This document shows, piece by piece, positions 61,038 to 64,000 of a stretch of DNA of 64,000 bases (positions are counted from its first letter, which is position 1; each line of letters opens with the position of its first letter). Location of the stretch: positions 1-64,000 of the forward strand of contig OZ244239.1 in NCBI GenBank assembly GCA_965217115.1. The letters run 5' to 3'. The DNA is from Bdellovibrionales bacterium (GTDB lineage Bacteria > Bdellovibrionota > Bdellovibrionia > Bdellovibrionales > CAYMLA01). The notes beneath the pieces were generated by a model. It was given only the letters and a program-made list of their open reading frames with translations, did not search any database and was not told where the DNA came from. A program made the position numbers and the translations under genes.

Positions 61038-61517
61038 ATGGCTGAAAAAAATCTACCTATTACAGTGCTTGGTAAAGAATTGCTAGAAACTGAATTAAAG
61101 CGTTTAATATCTGAAGAACGTCCGTCGGTGATCAGAGCGATCGAAGAGGCAAGGGCCCATGGTGATCTTAGTGAAAATGCAGAGTATGATGCTGCTAAAG
61201 AAAGACAAGCCTTAGTTGAGGGGCGTATTCAAGATATTCAGAGTAAATTAGCTGGAGTGGATGTTATAGATCCCAGCCGAATTAAGTCAGAGGTCGTGGT
61301 TTTTGGAGCCCATGTTCTTGTTCGAGACTTGGAGGCAGACGAAGAGAAAACCTATCAAATTGTTGGAATGGATGAAGCCGACGTAAAACAGGGGAAGATA
61401 TCTATTATTTCTCCCTTGGCTCGTGCAATGATTGGCAAGAAAGGCGGTGACGTGTTTGTTCTTATTAGTCCTAAGGCTGAGAAAGAGTATGAAATTATAA
61501 AGCTATACTTTAAATAA
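61038..61517 (+). CDS. greA: Transcription elongation factor GreA
   Basis: ARAHGDLSENAEYDAAKE, ISIISPLARAMIG. Confidence 0.97.
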   Translation: MAEKNLPITVLGKELLETELKRLISEERPSVIRAIEEARAHGDLSENAEYDAAKERQALVEGRIQDIQSKLAGVDVIDPSRIKSEVVVFGAHVLVRDLEADEEKTYQIVGMDEADVKQGKISIISPLARAMIGKKGGDVFVLISPKAEKEYEIIKLYFK

Positions 61518-61520
61518 GAT

Positions 61521-62231
61521 ATGCTTGTTCGTCGAGCGCAATCGTGGCCTGAAAATTTAATTTTACCTAAGAGACAACTCCATCGCGGTGGCCAGATGGG
61601 TTTCCATGAAAATACGCTACCTGCTTTTAGAGAGGCTAGGCGTTTGAATGCCGAGATGCTGGAGTTAGATGTTATTTTGAGTGGGGATGGGACGCCCTAT
61701 GTATGCCATGATTATAACTTGCAGAGGGTGTTTAATGTCGATTGTGAGATCAGACAAACCTGTGACGGAAATATAGAGAAGCTAGGTCTAATACCTTCTT
61801 TAAAGGAGGTTTTGTTAGCAGAGGACATCCCCAGCTTTTTAAATATTGAAATCAAATCAGATCAGATTCTTGATAGAAATACGGTGGTAAAGGTTGCAGA
61901 GGTTGTAAGAGAACACGGTCAAAATAAGAAGGTTCTATTTTCAAGTTTTAACCCGATGGTGTTGTTTCACCTCTCATTGGAATTACCCCTGATCCCCAGG
62001 GGTTTGCTAATAACAGACCCAAGTGAAGTTCATTTTATGTTGCGGTCCTTCTTGTGGACTTATGTAGCAAAGGCCCATCTTGTTCATATTCGCTATGATT
62101 TATTAGATGCTCAAGTGATACATTTTTGGAAAGATCATGGTTATCAAGTGGCTGCCTGGACAGTCAATGACTTAGATGTTGAAAAGAAGTTGTTCGCAAT
62201 GGGACTTGATAGTGTGATTTCTGATTATTAG
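61521..62231 (+). CDS. Glycerophosphodiester phosphodiesterase family protein
   Basis: HRG, ENT, ELDV, HD, NIEIK, WTVN, ISDY. Confidence 0.93.
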   Translation: MLVRRAQSWPENLILPKRQLHRGGQMGFHENTLPAFREARRLNAEMLELDVILSGDGTPYVCHDYNLQRVFNVDCEIRQTCDGNIEKLGLIPSLKEVLLAEDIPSFLNIEIKSDQILDRNTVVKVAEVVREHGQNKKVLFSSFNPMVLFHLSLELPLIPRGLLITDPSEVHFMLRSFLWTYVAKAHLVHIRYDLLDAQVIHFWKDHGYQVAAWTVNDLDVEKKLFAMGLDSVISDY

Positions 62232-62291
62232 AGTCAGTAAATAATTTGTAATCATTCAAGTGGGTGTTAAAAAAACTCCTCTTCTGGTTTT

Positions 62292-63005
62292 TTAAAAATC
62301 GGTTATTGTTAGATAAATTCTAGAGACATCGTCTTGATCGTCTAATTTTTCTAGAAACGTCACGACGTCTTTTTTTTGTTCTTCAGGGAGTTTAGTTATA
62401 TTTGTTGGTTTATAACTGAGTTCTGCAATAGAGATATTCCATCCACGTTCATCGAGAGTTTTTCTCACATGATCGACATCATTTGTATCGGTATAGAAGG
62501 TCCATGTATTATCTTCGTCACCTTCTTCGACTTCGTTGGCTCCTCCCTCGATGGCTTCTTCTTCAGGGTCATTAACTGAGTCTTTAGTGCCGACAACTTT
62601 TCCGACTTTTTCAAACATCCATGCGACACTGCCAGGTTCTCCGATACTGCCACCATTTTTATTAAAGATGTTTTTAATTTCGGATGCAGTGCGATTGCGA
62701 TTCTCAGTTTGGCAGAGAACCAGAACTCCTACTTTGTGTGGAGTGTGGCCTTCATATAAGAGTTCCTCCATAATATAATCACCGTCTAACTGACCAGAGC
62801 CTTTTTTAATCGCTCTCTCGATGGTGTCTCTTGGACAAGAAACTTTTCTGGCGGCATCGACAGCCATACGCAAGCGTGCATTGGCGCCGGGGTCGGGGCC
62901 ACCTAATTTAGCAGCGACAGTGATCTCTTTAGCTAGCTTAGTGAACTGTGCACCTTTTTTTTGAGCATTGGCGAGCATTCCTGCTTTTTTCCAACTTTTT
63001 CCCAT
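62292..63005 (-). CDS. yebC: YebC/PmpR family regulator
   Basis: KEITVAAKLGGPDPGANARLR, IERAIKKG, YEG, GSVAWMF. Confidence 0.95.
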   Translation of the reverse strand: MGKSWKKAGMLANAQKKGAQFTKLAKEITVAAKLGGPDPGANARLRMAVDAARKVSCPRDTIERAIKKGSGQLDGDYIMEELLYEGHTPHKVGVLVLCQTENRNRTASEIKNIFNKNGGSIGEPGSVAWMFEKVGKVVGTKDSVNDPEEEAIEGGANEVEEGDEDNTWTFYTDTNDVDHVRKTLDERGWNISIAELSYKPTNITKLPEEQKKDVVTFLEKLDDQDDVSRIYLTITDF

Positions 63006-63120
63006 AAAAATTCTCCTGTTCTTATGACAGCCTAGAATCTACATGAAGATAGAAAATCTGGCAATAATCAAAGAGTGGTTCTTTGTGATAAATAGTGGAA
63101 CTGTTTCCAAGAGGCTCATC

Positions 63121-63514
63121 TTGAGGGCTCTCTTTCTAAAACTATCCATGGATAACAGCGTTGTTATACATGGAGGTCAGTCATAGAAATAGAGGAAATC
63201 TGTCTAGTTAACGGAGCTCAGTCCAGTCTTTTCAGTCTTTTGTACAACCCCCTTTGATATTACACAAAGATCCATGGACTCATTGATTGAATAGGATATT
63301 TTTTTCTAGAGTATCTCCCAAAAGACTCTAGTTATTTTCGGCGAGTTTGGCTTGGCGACTTCCATTGCATTTCTCTGCAATGGAAGGTGACAAACGGATG
63401 TTTGAGTAAGAAAAGGGCTAGAGTCTTTTGGGAGAGACTCTAGAAAAAAAACGGCTCATCAGAAAAAAACTTGCTTCACTATTGTTTGTCATAAAGAATC
63501 CAAAGAGTCCTTAA
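63121..63514 (+). repeat. Dispersed structured non-coding element (MITE-like or ncRNA), copy 2, longer form
   Basis: Colinear with 12559-12859 plus about 77 extra bp; imperfect terminal inverted repeats TTGAGGGCTCT / AGAGTCCTTAA. Confidence 0.85.
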
Positions 63515-63520
63515 AAAGCC

Positions 63521-64000
63521 TCATAACTCATCGGGGTCAATAAAACGCCAATGCCCCTCTTTAAGCTTACCGAGCTTAATATTTCCCACACGAATTCTCT
63601 GTAGAGAGAGGACCCTTAACCCGACTTGTTCACACATTTGACGTATTTGCCTTTTCTTACCTTCTTTAAGGATGAATTTAAGTCTTTTATTTGGCACAAC
63701 CCATTTCACAACGGCTTGCTTAAGTGGAGAACCATCGATTTCAAGTCCATGTTGAAGAAGGTCCATGCCGTTTTCGTCAATATCTCCTGTAACCTGAACA
63801 ATGTACTCTTTCTCAATCTCTGAGGACTCTCCGACGATCTTCTTAGCTAATACGCCGTCTTGTGTGAAAATAAGAAGGCCGCGAGAGTCTATATCCAAGC
63901 GACCGGCAACGGCAAGTCCTTGGAGCATTCCATATTTTAATTTTTTCCGACTTTCAAATTGAGAATCTTGAGTGTCTGTTGAAATAAGACGAATAGCTGG
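63521..64000 (-). CDS. rRNA pseudouridine synthase, RsuA/RluF family (5' end outside the window)
   Basis: AGRLDIDSRGLL, EKEYIV, EGKKRQIRQM, LQRIRVG; frame open to the window edge. Confidence 0.93.
   Translation of the reverse strand, partial: PAIRLISTDTQDSQFESRKKLKYGMLQGLAVAGRLDIDSRGLLIFTQDGVLAKKIVGESSEIEKEYIVQVTGDIDENGMDLLQHGLEIDGSPLKQAVVKWVVPNKRLKFILKEGKKRQIRQMCEQVGLRVLSLQRIRVGNIKLGKLKEGHWRFIDPDEL

Noticed and set aside
2120..62778. Numerous 60-130 aa ORFs antisense or out of frame within long genes
   Set aside because: They are shadow ORFs of well-supported genes; the ones repeated across the protease paralogs simply mirror the duplication.

Overview
A chromosomal window of mostly housekeeping genes: prpD-prpB-prpC, mltA, murI, msrB, recG, carD-gltX-cysS-uvrB-uvrC, glycine-betaine ABC and TRAP transporters, a SNF2 helicase, mltF, mgtE, greA and yebC. 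Many secreted hydrolases are interspersed. Gene content, synteny and sigma28/sigma54-like promoters suggest a probably marine Bdellovibrionota predator (inference, not verified). The unusual part is 10.5-17.3 kb. It holds three tandem M48-like metalloprotease paralogs, two of them truncated at the same point. It holds one copy of a ~300-380 bp structured non-coding element, with a second copy at 63.1-63.5 kb; its long hairpin shows compensatory base changes between copies. It also holds an AT-rich block, nested in 47-bp and 141-bp direct repeats, that encodes a secreted 32-aa tandem-repeat protein with a fixed framework and hypervariable positions on one helix face. That gene is flanked by fragments of two sister genes, suggesting a larger diversified array elsewhere. 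No rRNA, tRNA, CRISPR array, transposase, integrase or reverse transcriptase was recognised.
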